From: Candidatus Eiseniibacteriota bacterium
GTDB lineage: Bacteria; Eisenbacteria; RBG-16-71-46; CAVPCR01
Length of the DNA stretch: 64,000 nucleotides
Assembly: GCA_963702435.1 (NCBI GenBank)
Contig: CAVPCR010000004.1
Span: forward strand, 32,001 to 96,000
Reading direction: 5' to 3'
Every line of letters starts with the position of its first letter. Position 1 is the first letter of the stretch. The position numbers were made by a program, and so were the translations under genes. Shown piece after piece: positions 7,683 through 18,379 of this stretch. The notes below the pieces were generated by a model. It did not search any database, was not told the origin of the DNA, and saw only the letters and a list, made by a program, of their open reading frames with translations.

Positions 7683-8331
7683 AGCAGAGCCTGACTCGGA
7701 TCGTCAGCCGCATGCCGCCCTCGCTGCGTCGGCTCTCGCCTTGTCCGCTTTGCTCTTGCTTGCCTCTTCCCCGGCGGTTGCCGCAACCAGTTCGAACACG
7801 ACCTTCGTGCTCCATGTCGTACAAGCGCAGTTTGGGCCCTGCAACATCGTTGACCCCTGCCAGCCAGGGCCGCGACCGGGGCCAACCCTCGAGATCACCG
7901 AGCCGGGAGAGCCGCACGTCATCTACTTCATCGTGCGCAACTACGCAGAGATCACCGGGCTCCAGGCCGATCTCGCATGGCCTGCCGACTGGACCTGGCT
8001 CTTCGCGATCACTTGTCCGCCCAACCCTTTCGACTGCTTCCGCCTCGGCCCAAACACCATCTCCTGCTCGTTCAGCGACTGCCTTACAGGCGGCTCCTCG
8101 CGGGTCATGGCAGCCATTCACATGATCCCGGGCTCCGGCTGCTTCTCGATTGTCGAGTCCGCGCAGCCAGGTGGCAACTACGTGCTCGACTGTCTGGCTC
8201 AGCCCGAGGTCGTGGCGGAGCGCAACCTGGGACGCATTTGCGTCGGCCCGGGCGGCCTCGATACCTGTGATCCCGCTGCCCCCGTCGAGAGCGTCACCTG
8301 GGGAGCAATCAAAGCCCACTACCCGAACTGA
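7663..8331 (+). CDS. Secreted Cys-rich protein with TWGxIK tail (paralog A)
   Basis: Hydrophobic signal; ends PVESVTWGAIKAHYPN; start uncertain. Confidence 0.8.
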   Translation: MISVLSRAEPDSDRQPHAALAASALALSALLLLASSPAVAATSSNTTFVLHVVQAQFGPCNIVDPCQPGPRPGPTLEITEPGEPHVIYFIVRNYAEITGLQADLAWPADWTWLFAITCPPNPFDCFRLGPNTISCSFSDCLTGGSSRVMAAIHMIPGSGCFSIVESAQPGGNYVLDCLAQPEVVAERNLGRICVGPGGLDTCDPAAPVESVTWGAIKAHYPN

Positions 8332-8363
8332 TCCGGGGCTCGTCTGGCCGGCCGGCTCACCCG

Positions 8364-9212
8364 ATGGGCGCACGGCTCATCGCCCTGGTTCCAGCTACCA
8401 TCGCGATCTTGCTGCTCCGCTGTCGGACCAGCACCCCGGCGAATCGGTTGCCGGGGTACCTGTGCGGCGCTCCGACGGCCACTTTTCGAGCGTGCCATCG
8501 GAGCTGTAAAATCGATGTGGCTCGCTCCGCACACCACGGCGCGCGCTTCGGTGTCTCTCACTATCAGCCAGCCGCCGGCCTCCGCATCGAGTTCGCCACG
8601 CCCTTCGACTCCTCGCGTCCAATCCTCAGATACATCGTCTCCGCTCCCACCGTCGGTCGCTGGCAGTTTGCGCCCGGCCCGGGGGGCCTCTACGGTTACT
8701 GGGCGGCCCCGGGGGGCGCCTTTCACGGCTACTGGGGCCGCGGCTCCCATGTCGACGTCGGCAATGTCTGCGGCGATGTCCACCTGCTCCATCCCTGCGA
8801 GTTCTGCGAGATGCTCCCGGGGACTGAACCCAGCGCAGCGTTCAGTCCTCCATCGCTCGCCATCACCATCCCGCAGGACCAGGTCACGACCATCCCGCTG
8901 GTGGTGACCCCCGGCCGCTCATGCATGCCCATTCCCAACTGCGGATCCATTCCCATCGAATGCTACGCGGGATTCACCTCCTCCGTGCCCTGGCTCTCCT
9001 TCGTCCACCTCGGAGGAGACAACTACCTGGCCCGCATCGATGCCGGCGGCCTCGTTCCCGGCGCCTACCACGGCAGCGCTGAAGCCGAGGGCCGGCGGTG
9101 CTGCCAGTCCGTGTGCTGGCCGGTCGATCTCATGGTCACGCCGGCGACCACTCCCGTCGAGGATCAGCCTCTGCGCTCCACCTGGGGCAGCATCAAGTCC
9201 ATCTATCGCTGA
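8364..9212 (+). CDS. Putative secreted Cys-rich protein with TWGxIK tail; 5' half possibly degraded
   Basis: Ends PLRSTWGSIKSIYR; N-terminal half looks less gene-like. Confidence 0.6.
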   Translation: MGARLIALVPATIAILLLRCRTSTPANRLPGYLCGAPTATFRACHRSCKIDVARSAHHGARFGVSHYQPAAGLRIEFATPFDSSRPILRYIVSAPTVGRWQFAPGPGGLYGYWAAPGGAFHGYWGRGSHVDVGNVCGDVHLLHPCEFCEMLPGTEPSAAFSPPSLAITIPQDQVTTIPLVVTPGRSCMPIPNCGSIPIECYAGFTSSVPWLSFVHLGGDNYLARIDAGGLVPGAYHGSAEAEGRRCCQSVCWPVDLMVTPATTPVEDQPLRSTWGSIKSIYR

Positions 9213-9315
9213 AGCGCGATCAAGATGTCCTATCGGTGAGGGAACCGGCGGTGCGGGCTTCGGGGCGCTGGAGCCAGAAGCTCCTGCTCTTGAAGTCGCC
9301 CTGCAGTGGCTCAAC

Positions 9316-9360
9316 CCTGAGGTGGCTCGCCCCGAGGTGGCTCGCCCCGAGGTGGCTTGG
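9316..9360. repeat. 15-bp tandem repeat x3
   Basis: CCYGAGGTGGCTYGS-type unit three times. Confidence 0.8.
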
Positions 9361-9379
9361 CCCACGCCGGGAGGCTGTC

Positions 9380-10027
9380 ATGAAGTCATTCCTCCTGCCG
9401 CTTGCGACACTGGCCGCGGCACTCGTCGTGACCGGCGCCGCACCAGCGGCTCTCGCGGGGATGAACCCCGAGATCTGCCTGCCGCTCCACGCCAGGGCAT
9501 CGGGCTTCGAGCCCTGTGCCGGATATCTCCCCGTCGACTGCGTGGTGAACATGCCGGTCGTGAGCGTCATGGCCGGCCCGACCACGATCTTTCTCTTCGT
9601 CTCCAGCTACTACGCGGTGGCCGGCGTGCAGACGGCCTTCCAGCCCGATCCGAGCTGGACCTTCACTTTCGGGCTCTGGGACTGCCAGCCGGGGCAGTTG
9701 ACTGCCGTGATGCCGGGCCCGCCGTTCGGGCCGGCGGCGGGCACGATCACGACCGCCTTCAATTGCCTGACCGGGTCGGGCCTCGGCGCCATCGGCCGCA
9801 TGTTCTTCGTCGCCGGCAACGCCGGCTGCCTCGAGCAGATCGAGTCGAGCTATCCCTTCCGCATCCATGTCCTCGACTGCCAGCAGGGCATCGACCAGGT
9901 CAACCCGTACGACCCGTGGCGTCTCGGCAAGGTCTGCGTCGGCGAGGGCGGTGTCGTGGCCTGCTGGCCGCCCCAACCCGCGGTCGACGCCGCGACCTGG
10001 GGCGGCATCAAGGCGCAGTACGAGTAG
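9380..10027 (+). CDS. Secreted Cys-rich protein with TWGxIK tail (paralog B)
   Basis: GGAGG RBS, signal MKSFLLPLATLAAAL...ALA; ends AVDAATWGGIKAQYE. Confidence 0.88.
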   Translation: MKSFLLPLATLAAALVVTGAAPAALAGMNPEICLPLHARASGFEPCAGYLPVDCVVNMPVVSVMAGPTTIFLFVSSYYAVAGVQTAFQPDPSWTFTFGLWDCQPGQLTAVMPGPPFGPAAGTITTAFNCLTGSGLGAIGRMFFVAGNAGCLEQIESSYPFRIHVLDCQQGIDQVNPYDPWRLGKVCVGEGGVVACWPPQPAVDAATWGGIKAQYE

Positions 10028-10053
10028 CGATGGGGGGAGCGATGGGAACAGCG

Positions 10054-10758
10054 ATGGAGAGGTCCCGCTTCACCACGCAGTATCGCCTGGCGCTGTGCTG
10101 CGGCCTCGCGCTGGCCGGCTGGCTCCTTGCGGGGAACGTCGCCGTCGATTCCGCCGAGATTCCTGATCTCCATGCGGAGCTGGCGTACTGCCCGGTCTTG
10201 CCTCTCCGGGCCATGCCCTATGCCAACTGCTGTGGCGTCTTCGCTTCTTCGAGCCTCTCGATCAGTGAGCTCCTCGCCGCCTTTCCTGCCACCTGGGAGG
10301 AGAGGCCGCTGAGCGGCGTCGGTCTCGCCGTCAGACCGCCGGGACTCGCGTTCCGCTTCGAGCGGCCGATGCGCCTCTATCTCGTCTTCGCGCAGCCGGA
10401 AGGCGCCTTCTCGTTCGACCCGCCCGACCTCGCGGGGCACGCGCCGGTCACCGCCGACTCGGTCTTCGTGTCCTGGTCTCCGTTCCCGCCAAGGGAATCC
10501 GCAGCCGGCACGACGTATTTCGGAGACTGGCAGATGTTCTGGCTCGAACCGCTCGACACCGCCCTCGTGGTCATCACGGCGACCGTGAATCTCTCAGCGA
10601 CCTACGCCGGCCCCGATGACACCTTGCTCGTGTGGGGGACCGAGATCGGCATGCCCGACATCGAGCTCCGGCGGTCCGGCCTCGCCACCCCGACATCGGT
10701 ATCGCCCACGACCTGGGGCCGCATCAAGCACGACGCGTTGCAGGGACTCGGAAGATGA
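10054..10758 (+). CDS. Secreted hypothetical protein with TWGxIK tail
   Basis: Signal-like N-terminus; VSPTTWGRIK near the end; alternative ATGs at 10030 and 10042. Confidence 0.75.
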   Translation: MERSRFTTQYRLALCCGLALAGWLLAGNVAVDSAEIPDLHAELAYCPVLPLRAMPYANCCGVFASSSLSISELLAAFPATWEERPLSGVGLAVRPPGLAFRFERPMRLYLVFAQPEGAFSFDPPDLAGHAPVTADSVFVSWSPFPPRESAAGTTYFGDWQMFWLEPLDTALVVITATVNLSATYAGPDDTLLVWGTEIGMPDIELRRSGLATPTSVSPTTWGRIKHDALQGLGR

Positions 10759-10790
10759 TGCGATGCTCGCGCCGACTCGGCCGGAGACCC

Positions 10791-11534
10791 ATGAACCGGG
10801 GACCCACGAATCGCACACCCTCACTCGCCATCGCGGTCGCGCAGTCTTCGCTCGTGCTGCCTTCGCCGCCGCAGTCTTCGCCCCCGCCGTCTTCGCGCGC
10901 GCTGCCTTCGCTCGCCCTGGCTGCTCTCGTGCTGTCCACTCTCGCCCTGCCCGCGACCGCCCGGGCGGAGGCCGCCGCGCACTCCGGTTTCTTCGGCGGC
11001 GCGACGTACGGTCATTTCGCCTACGAGGACGGACGCGGCGGCACCGAGCCCGGCTGGGGACCCACGTTCGGCGCGTTCGGCGAGCTCACCCCGTTTCCAG
11101 CCGACATCCTGCTCCTCACGATCGAGGGGTCCTATCTGCGCATCGGGTCCGGCGACCAGCACTACTACTATCCCGCCGAGACCTCCGATCTGCAGGGCAC
11201 GGTGCGCACGGCGGAGGACGGTTCTCGACCGGCGCTCCGCGAGAGCCGGGCCTTCCTGTCCGCCGCGCCGCTCATCAAGCTGACGACCCCCGGCCGTCTC
11301 GGTCTCTACGCCCATGCCGGCCCGACGCTCAACTTCCGGCTGCCGGAAGGGACGAGCTACCCCGGCGCCCTCGTCCTCGGGAGCCTCTACGGGCTCGGAC
11401 TCGGTGCGCTGGAGGGCCGGCGGTCCTTCATGGTCGAGCTGCGCTACGTGCATCACTGGTCGTCCTCCGCCGATGACTGGAGCCCGCCATCGCAGGCGCG
11501 CGCCCTCACGTTGATCGGGAAGATCGGCTACTGA
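10791..11534 (+). CDS. Outer-membrane beta-barrel-like protein
   Basis: Signal peptide, alternating amphipathic strands, terminal LIGKIGY. Confidence 0.65.
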   Translation: MNRGPTNRTPSLAIAVAQSSLVLPSPPQSSPPPSSRALPSLALAALVLSTLALPATARAEAAAHSGFFGGATYGHFAYEDGRGGTEPGWGPTFGAFGELTPFPADILLLTIEGSYLRIGSGDQHYYYPAETSDLQGTVRTAEDGSRPALRESRAFLSAAPLIKLTTPGRLGLYAHAGPTLNFRLPEGTSYPGALVLGSLYGLGLGALEGRRSFMVELRYVHHWSSSADDWSPPSQARALTLIGKIGY

Positions 11535-11571
11535 CCCGGCCTCGCCGGGTGTGGATGCGGACCTTTCAACC

Positions 11572-12249
11572 ATGCACCGCCACCGTCAACTGCCGTCGGC
11601 CGCCGCCCTGCTCTGCAGAGCCCTGGCGCTCTGCGGAGCCCTGGCGCTCGCCGGCACCCCGGCGGCGAGTCCCGGCGCCAGCACCGACGCGGACCAGCGC
11701 GGCATCCCGACCATCGTGATGGACGTGCGGGACGAATGGGTCTTCTGCCCGGAAGACGACCCCTGCGCGATGCCCGGTGGGCCGCGGCTCCTCCTTCCCG
11801 GGACCGAGCAGTGGTCCTCGGTGTACGTCCATGTCCGGAACTATGTGAGCGTGGCCGCAATCCAGTGGGCCTTCGACTGGCCGCCGACCCTGTCGGTGGG
11901 CGGGGGCATGTGGCTCTGCCCGCCGGGGTCGATCGGCATTCCGGAGCAGCCGCCTTACGGTCCCGGCCCGCTCGCCGGCTCCTGCGCATCCATCTTCGAC
12001 TGCGTGACAGGCGGCGCCTCGATGCTGATCGGATGGGTAGGCGTGCGCGGTGGCTCCGGTTGCCTCGACATCATCGAGTCGGGCTACCCCGACGGCACTC
12101 ATATCGTCACGTGTTCCGGAGAGATCGTCCCGGTCACGCCGCCGAACCGCGGGCGGGTCTGCGTGGGCGAGGGCGGTGTCAACACCTGCGCGTCCGTGGT
12201 TCCGGTCACGCCGGTCACCTGGGGGGCCATCAAGAGCACCTACCGGTAG
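11572..12249 (+). CDS. Secreted Cys-rich protein with TWGxIK tail (paralog C)
   Basis: Signal peptide; ends PVTPVTWGAIKSTYR. Confidence 0.88.
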   Translation: MHRHRQLPSAAALLCRALALCGALALAGTPAASPGASTDADQRGIPTIVMDVRDEWVFCPEDDPCAMPGGPRLLLPGTEQWSSVYVHVRNYVSVAAIQWAFDWPPTLSVGGGMWLCPPGSIGIPEQPPYGPGPLAGSCASIFDCVTGGASMLIGWVGVRGGSGCLDIIESGYPDGTHIVTCSGEIVPVTPPNRGRVCVGEGGVNTCASVVPVTPVTWGAIKSTYR

Positions 12250-12542
12250 CACCGCCGCTTCCGGCACGGCGCTCCCACCACGCCGACGCAGAGCGGCTGG
12301 TACCGCTGTGCCAGCAGCACTGCGGCAACGAGATCCTCGTGATCAAGCCCGGGCGAATAGAACTCCTGCTGCGCGTGCGCCCGCCGGCGACGGCGCGAGG
12401 CGGCGGCGGTATCAGCGGCGTCTGCGGTAGAAGCGGCGTCTGCGGTGGCGCGTCCTTCCCGCTGGTCTCCCTCTTGCGACCAGGCCGGGGCTCTCGTATA
12501 GTCGCCTGCAGTCTCATCCCCATGCGAGGAGTGATCTTCCAG

Positions 12543-12704
12543 ATGTTCCAGCTCACGACGCTCCAGACTGCGCTTGTCATTGCGGTCGGGCTGATCGCCT
12601 TCTACGTCGCCATGCGGACGACGAAGCTCATCTTCAAGATCTTCCTCTGGGGCGTAGCTCTCCTCGTCGCCGCCTGGGCGGTGCTGCGGTTCCTGCGTCC
12701 CTGA
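12543..12704 (+). CDS. Small two-TM membrane protein
   Basis: MFQLTTLQTALVIAVGLIAFYVAMRTTKLIFKIFLWGVALLVAAWAVLRFLRP; TATAGT -10 upstream. Confidence 0.65.
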   Translation: MFQLTTLQTALVIAVGLIAFYVAMRTTKLIFKIFLWGVALLVAAWAVLRFLRP

Positions 12705-12832
12705 TCCTCCACCTCTGATCCTCCCTCTCAGCGCCCGTTCCCGAGTCCCGGCGGATCCTGTCCGCCGGGCTGCGCCGGCGTGAGTCGCGATTGCCGGCAG
12801 CGCAGACGGCGAACGCCGAGGCACCCGGAGGC

Positions 12833-13930
12833 ATGAAGATGCGTCACCGCAGTGCCAGCACTTTTCGCGTGGCCATCGCGCTCCTCTACGGCGGCGTCGC
12901 TCCCGTCGACCTGCCGCGCGATCCCTGCGCGAAGGCGCCCCTTCAAGCCGCGCCGGCCACCGAGCGCGAGTGGCTCGTCGTCACCTTCGATGCCGAGGAC
13001 CTGCGGGTCCGCCGCCGTGGCGAGGATGCGTGGCTCGAGATTCATGACGCGAAATGGCAGGTGGATTCGCTCATCGCCGTGAGCCGCCCGCGCTGGACGA
13101 GCGACGGCCGCCACCTTCCGGCGGACTCGCTCTCGATCCCGTGGGACGAGATCGAGCGCATCGACAAGCCGGCCGGCACCCGGGCGGGCATCGGCGCGGG
13201 CATCGGCGGAGCCATCGGACTCGGCGTTGGACTGGTCGTCGCCGCCATCCTCGAAGAGGACTGCAGCGGCTATTTGTGCGGCATCGGCTATGTCCTGTCG
13301 CCCCTGGTCGCGGTGCCGACCGGGGCCCTGATCGGGGCTCTCATCGGGAGCACCGAGCGTGGCTGGGCGCCCTTCGCCTGCCTGCCGCCACGACCCGCCG
13401 GCGACCTCTCCGGGGTGCCGCCCCTCGCCGCGGCGCCACGCGATGTCGCGAGCGATGTCTGCAGCGGGGTCCCTCTCAGCGGCACTCCGCCCTCTCCGGT
13501 CGAGTGGTCGCTCCTCGAGCACGAGTCGGACCACTTCCGCGCGCGGCTTCGGAACGACGACGACTGGATCTACTTCGGCGATGCGGAGTGGACCGCCGCC
13601 GGCCTCCGCGCCCGCGGCGGCGAGGGCTGGGACACGGGACATCTCGTGTTCACGGACTCGCTCGACGTGCGATGGGTGGATATCGCGCGTCTCGACGCCG
13701 ATCGCGGCACGTACTCCGCGCGCGGGACGCTCCTCGGCGCCGCGGCGGGCTGCGCCGCCTTCGCAGCGCTCGCCGCCTGCGACGACTGCGATGTGGGCGG
13801 CTGGTCGGTCTTCGCCATCCCGGTAGGAATGCTGATCGGAGGCGTCATCGGAGCGTCGCAGCCGATGTGGCGTGCGGTGTTCTGCGCGGAGGCTCCGGGC
13901 GGGTCCGCCGGCGCCGAACGCGCGCCATGA
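12833..13930 (+). CDS. Hypothetical membrane protein with internally duplicated domain and glycine-zipper helices
   Basis: GGAGG RBS; two copies of LRxRxRxxDxW...DSLxxxWxxIxRxD...GT...G-zipper. Confidence 0.7.
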   Translation: MKMRHRSASTFRVAIALLYGGVAPVDLPRDPCAKAPLQAAPATEREWLVVTFDAEDLRVRRRGEDAWLEIHDAKWQVDSLIAVSRPRWTSDGRHLPADSLSIPWDEIERIDKPAGTRAGIGAGIGGAIGLGVGLVVAAILEEDCSGYLCGIGYVLSPLVAVPTGALIGALIGSTERGWAPFACLPPRPAGDLSGVPPLAAAPRDVASDVCSGVPLSGTPPSPVEWSLLEHESDHFRARLRNDDDWIYFGDAEWTAAGLRARGGEGWDTGHLVFTDSLDVRWVDIARLDADRGTYSARGTLLGAAAGCAAFAALAACDDCDVGGWSVFAIPVGMLIGGVIGASQPMWRAVFCAEAPGGSAGAERAP

Positions 13931-14033
13931 TGCACCCGCCGGCGATCACCACTCGCTCCCGGCCGGGAGACGCGAGCCGCGCGCTCGCTCTCCCGGCCGT
14001 CTTCGTTTCTCCCCCGTGCTAGACTCCCGCGCC

Positions 14034-15860
14034 ATGAACAGAGAATCATCCCCGCCCGCCATCCGCAACGTCGCGATCGTCGCCCACGTCGATCACGGGA
14101 AGACGACGCTCGTCGACGCCATGCTCCAGCAGAGCGGCATCTTCCGCGCCGGGCAGGTGCTCGTCGAGCGCGTGATGGACTCGATCGATCTCGAGCGCGA
14201 GCGCGGCATCACCATCCTCGCCAAGAACACGGCCGTCCATTACGGCGGCGTCAAGATCAACATCGTCGACACGCCGGGGCACTCCGACTTCGGCGGCGAG
14301 GTGGAGCGCACGCTCAAGATGGTGGACGGCGCCATGCTCCTCGTCGACGCGGCGGAGGGCCCGCTGCCGCAGACCCGCTTCGTCCTCAGCAAGGTGCTCG
14401 AAGAGCGCCTCCCGCTCGTCGTCGTCATCAACAAGATCGACCGCGCGGACGCCCGCATCGCCGAGGTGGTCGACGAGGTCTATTCGCTCTTCATCGATCT
14501 CGATGCGGGCGAGGACCAGCTCGACTTCCCGCTCGTCTACACCAATGCGCGGGCCGGCACCGCCACCCTCGACCCGCAGACGCCGGGCGAAGATCTGCGA
14601 CCATTCTTCGATCTGATCATCGATCGCGTCCCGCCGCCGCAATCTGACGTCGCGCGCCCGCTCCAGTTCCAGATCGCGAGCCTCGACTACAACGACTACG
14701 TCGGCCGGCTGGTCATCGGGCGGGTGCACGCGGGGACCATGCGCCGCGGCGATCCGGTCGCCCTCGTCAAGCTCGACGGCACGACGACGCAGGCCAAGAT
14801 CACCATGCTCTACACCTTCGACGGGCTCCGCCGCGTCGAGACCGCGGAGGTCCCGGCCGGGGACCTCTGCGCGGTCGCCGGCATCGACGGCATCGACATC
14901 GGGGAGACGATCGCCGATGCCCTCGCCCCCGTCGCGGTGCCGCCGATCACGGTGGACGAGCCGACGGTCGCCATGGTCTTCGCGGTCAACAACTCGCCGC
15001 TCGCCGGCCGCGAGGGGCGCTACCTCACCTCGCGCCACCTCCGCGAGCGGCTCGAGCACGAGGACCAGATCAACGTCTCGATCCGCGTCCGCGACACCGA
15101 ATCCCCGGAGGCGTTCGAGGTGCAGGGACGCGGCGAGCTCCAGCTCGCGATCCTGATCGAGATGATGCGGCGCGAGGGGTTCGAGCTGCAGGTGGGGAAG
15201 CCGCGCGTCATCATCAAGGAGATCGGCGGCGCCCGGCACGAGCCGTACGAGCGCCTCTACGTCGACTGCCCGGAGGAGTTCATCGGCGTCGCGACCCAGA
15301 AGCTTGCGGCGCGCAAGGGCCGCATGGCCGAGATGGTGAACCACGGGAGCGGCCGCGTGCGGATGACGTTCATCATCCCGGCGCGCGGGTTGATCGGCTT
15401 CCGGAGCGAGTTCCTGACCGACACGCGCGGGACGGGGATCCTGAACAAGCTCTTCGACGGCTATCGCCCGTGGGCGGGCCCGATCCCCTCCCGCACCGAG
15501 GGATCGCTCGTCGCCGACCGCCCCGGCGTGACCACGGCCTACGCGCTCGAGCACATCCAGGACCGCGGCGTTCTCTTCCTCGGGCCGAGCATGCCGCTCT
15601 ACGAGGGGCTCGTGGTCGGCGAGCACGCGCGCCCCGGCGATCTCGACGTCAATGCAGCCAAGGAGAAGAAGCTCACCAACATCCGCTCCTCGACATCCGA
15701 GGAGGCGATCCGGCTCATCCCGCCGCACCAGATGGGGCTCGAGGCGGCGCTCGCCTTCGTCGCCGAGGACGAGCTGGTGGAGGTCACGCCGAGCTCGATA
15801 CGCATCCGGAAGCGGGTGCTCCCCAAGCAGGAGCGGCCGAAGTGGAACCTGAAGACGTGA
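14034..15860 (+). CDS. typA: Translational GTPase TypA/BipA
   Basis: [47 protein letters not shown]. Confidence 0.98.
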   Translation: MNRESSPPAIRNVAIVAHVDHGKTTLVDAMLQQSGIFRAGQVLVERVMDSIDLERERGITILAKNTAVHYGGVKINIVDTPGHSDFGGEVERTLKMVDGAMLLVDAAEGPLPQTRFVLSKVLEERLPLVVVINKIDRADARIAEVVDEVYSLFIDLDAGEDQLDFPLVYTNARAGTATLDPQTPGEDLRPFFDLIIDRVPPPQSDVARPLQFQIASLDYNDYVGRLVIGRVHAGTMRRGDPVALVKLDGTTTQAKITMLYTFDGLRRVETAEVPAGDLCAVAGIDGIDIGETIADALAPVAVPPITVDEPTVAMVFAVNNSPLAGREGRYLTSRHLRERLEHEDQINVSIRVRDTESPEAFEVQGRGELQLAILIEMMRREGFELQVGKPRVIIKEIGGARHEPYERLYVDCPEEFIGVATQKLAARKGRMAEMVNHGSGRVRMTFIIPARGLIGFRSEFLTDTRGTGILNKLFDGYRPWAGPIPSRTEGSLVADRPGVTTAYALEHIQDRGVLFLGPSMPLYEGLVVGEHARPGDLDVNAAKEKKLTNIRSSTSEEAIRLIPPHQMGLEAALAFVAEDELVEVTPSSIRIRKRVLPKQERPKWNLKT

Positions 15861-15914
15861 GGCGCGCCGCGCACGACTGCGCGGCGACCGCACCCCGCTA
15901 GAACTCGGCGCCCG

Positions 15915-18266
15915 CTAGAACTCGGCGCTCACCCCGAGCGTCGGGAAGATGCCGAGGCCCTGCTCGTCCACGACCTCCTGCTCCCAGAAGTCCCAGCTCG
16001 GGGTCACCGGCGCCTTGTAGTTGTAGATGTTCTGGATGTCGAGGAAGGCGATGATCGACCAGCTCGTGAACGAGAAGCGGCGATCCACGCGCACGTCGAG
16101 CGAATGCGTCGCGCCGAGGCGGGCGCTCAGGTACTCCTCCGGCAGGTTCGAGATGACGCCGCCGTTGGTCGCCGGATCGTAGACCGGCGTGTACGGCGCC
16201 CCCGAGGCGTAGCGCCACTTGGTGCTCACCTCCCAGCGCGGATTGATGACGTAGCCGCCGGCGATGGTGAAGACCGCGGCCTGATCGAACTGGCCGGGAT
16301 AGGTCTTGCCGTTCGGCGCCGTGTAGCGCGTGCGGCCGAGCGTCAGGCCGACCGTGCCGTAGCAGGGCACCGCCGCGAACTTCTTCTGCGCGAGGAGATC
16401 GACGCCGTACGCCTCGCCCTTCCCGGTCGGGTCGAGCGGGATGTACCCGAACGACTGGAAGTCGTCGTCGCGCCCGCCAAAGCCGACGCCGGTGTTGGTA
16501 AGCACGAGGTAATCCGTGTCCGGCGTCGCCCCCGCGGGCAGATCCGAGTAGCGCTTGTAGAACCCCTCGGCCGAGAGGTTCAGGTCGGGGCGCACCCGGT
16601 AGTCGATGCCGGCGATCGGCATGTCGTTCCGGAGCGCCTTCAGATCGCGGTTCTCCGGATTGCCGAGCCAGACGTAGGACGGCGCCTGGTAGTACGTCCC
16701 GTAGCTCCCCTTGACCGTGAGCCGGTCGCTGAGCCCGTAGCGAAGCGAGAAGCGCCCGGCCGGATAGAGCGTGTCGTCCAGGTTCTCGAAGTAGTCGAGC
16801 CGGAATCCGGCGGTCCACTCGACGCGGGCAACGCGACGCTTGGCCTCGACCCAGGTGGCGAGCTTGAAGGCGCCGCTATCGCCCACGATCTCCGCGGGCA
16901 GGTCGAGATCCTCCCGCGCGACCCGGCGCCCGCTCCGATCGTAGATCGAGTCGGCGAAGGCGGTCGCGTAGTCGACGCCCACGCGCTTGACCCCGGCGCC
17001 CGCGCTCAGATCGAAGCCGGCGGGGAGGCGGCGCGTGCCCTCGGCGCGGAGCGCGGCCTCGCGCTCGAGCGCATCGCTCGAGAAGTACTGGACCTGGCTC
17101 GTGTCGGCCTGGGCGAAGCTGTAGTCCACCTGGTTGTAGCCGCCGATCACATCGAGGAACCCCCGGTCGAAGAGCCGGCGGAGGCGCACCCCGCCTATCC
17201 ATCGATCCTGCGCATTGCCCATGATGCCGGCGTTCACCACCTTGTCCTCGCTCGTCGAGTTGTCGCGGTCGACGTCGTCGAGCGCGCCAAGACCGAGGAA
17301 CGAGAGCTCGTAGCGTTCGTTGATGCGGTAGTCGCCGGCCAGGTTGAAATCGGTGTAGATCGGGATGAACGGCTGGTCGAGAGCGCGAAAGAGGAGATCC
17401 AGGTAGCTCTTCCGGGCCGAGAAGAGGAAGTGCCCGTCGTTCTCGCCCGGCAGCGGCCCCTCGAGGTTGAGCCCGAACTGGGTGGCGGAGATGGTCGCCT
17501 TGCCGCCCACGCGGTCGGAGCGCGCCTCCCGCATCTCGATCGAGAGGACGGAGGACATCTTGTCGCCGTAGGTGGAACCGAATCCCCCGGTCGAGAAATC
17601 GACGCCGTCGATGAAGTCGAGATTGACGAAGCTGAGCGCACCCCCGGCCGAGCCCTGGTTCCCGAAGTGGTTGATGTTCGGGACCTCGAGCCCGTTCACG
17701 AGGTAGAGGTTCTCGCTCGGGCCGCCGCCGCGGACCAGGAGATCGTTGCGCCCGCCCTGATTGACGAGGGCGACGCCGGGCAGCGTCGAGATCGTGCGCA
17801 CGATGTCCTCGAAGCCGCCCGGGAAGCGCCGGATCTCTTCCCGCGAGAGGCTCACCGAGCTGGTCGGGGTGGCGTTCTGGGCGAAGAAGCTCGGGCGCAC
17901 CTCGATGGTCTCGCCGGCGACGGGCACCGGAACGAGCTCGCGGAGCACGGTCGTCGGCACGCCGGGTTTCACCACCACATCGGTGACGACCGCGGGCTCG
18001 TAGCTCACGAAGCTGATGGTGAGGTTGTAGGTCCCGGGCTCGACATCCGCGATCGTGAACTCGCCCATCCGGTCGGCGATGGCGCCGCGCTGGGTGCCGG
18101 CGACCGCGATGTTGGCGCCGGCGAGCGGCTGCCTGGTCTCGGCATCGATCACGCGGCCGTGGATCGCGCCCGGGCCGGCGGCGGCGGACTCCGCGGCCGT
18201 GAGAACGAGGGCAAGAACCGCGACGAGAGCGACGAGAGCGCAGATGCGGGGCGCGACGTTCATCAT
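15915..18266 (-). CDS. TonB-dependent receptor with carboxypeptidase-regulatory-like N-domain
   Basis: Signal peptide, GRVIDAETRQPLAGAN, plug LLVRGGGPSEN, C-terminal GVSAEF. Confidence 0.95.
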   Translation of the reverse strand: MMNVAPRICALVALVAVLALVLTAAESAAAGPGAIHGRVIDAETRQPLAGANIAVAGTQRGAIADRMGEFTIADVEPGTYNLTISFVSYEPAVVTDVVVKPGVPTTVLRELVPVPVAGETIEVRPSFFAQNATPTSSVSLSREEIRRFPGGFEDIVRTISTLPGVALVNQGGRNDLLVRGGGPSENLYLVNGLEVPNINHFGNQGSAGGALSFVNLDFIDGVDFSTGGFGSTYGDKMSSVLSIEMREARSDRVGGKATISATQFGLNLEGPLPGENDGHFLFSARKSYLDLLFRALDQPFIPIYTDFNLAGDYRINERYELSFLGLGALDDVDRDNSTSEDKVVNAGIMGNAQDRWIGGVRLRRLFDRGFLDVIGGYNQVDYSFAQADTSQVQYFSSDALEREAALRAEGTRRLPAGFDLSAGAGVKRVGVDYATAFADSIYDRSGRRVAREDLDLPAEIVGDSGAFKLATWVEAKRRVARVEWTAGFRLDYFENLDDTLYPAGRFSLRYGLSDRLTVKGSYGTYYQAPSYVWLGNPENRDLKALRNDMPIAGIDYRVRPDLNLSAEGFYKRYSDLPAGATPDTDYLVLTNTGVGFGGRDDDFQSFGYIPLDPTGKGEAYGVDLLAQKKFAAVPCYGTVGLTLGRTRYTAPNGKTYPGQFDQAAVFTIAGGYVINPRWEVSTKWRYASGAPYTPVYDPATNGGVISNLPEEYLSARLGATHSLDVRVDRRFSFTSWSIIAFLDIQNIYNYKAPVTPSWDFWEQEVVDEQGLGIFPTLGVSAEF

Positions 18267-18379
18267 CAAACCTTTGGAGGGGCGCCTCACCGCGCCGGGT
18301 GCTTCCGAATCACCGGCCCCCGATCGGGATGTCCTGGACAGAGCCCCCGCCGGCCGGCGATCTGATACCGTTCCGTCTG

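Noticed and set aside
9040..10758. 572-aa single ORF
   Set aside because: Its 5' part overlaps real genes in other frames; only the portion from about 10030-10054 looks coding.
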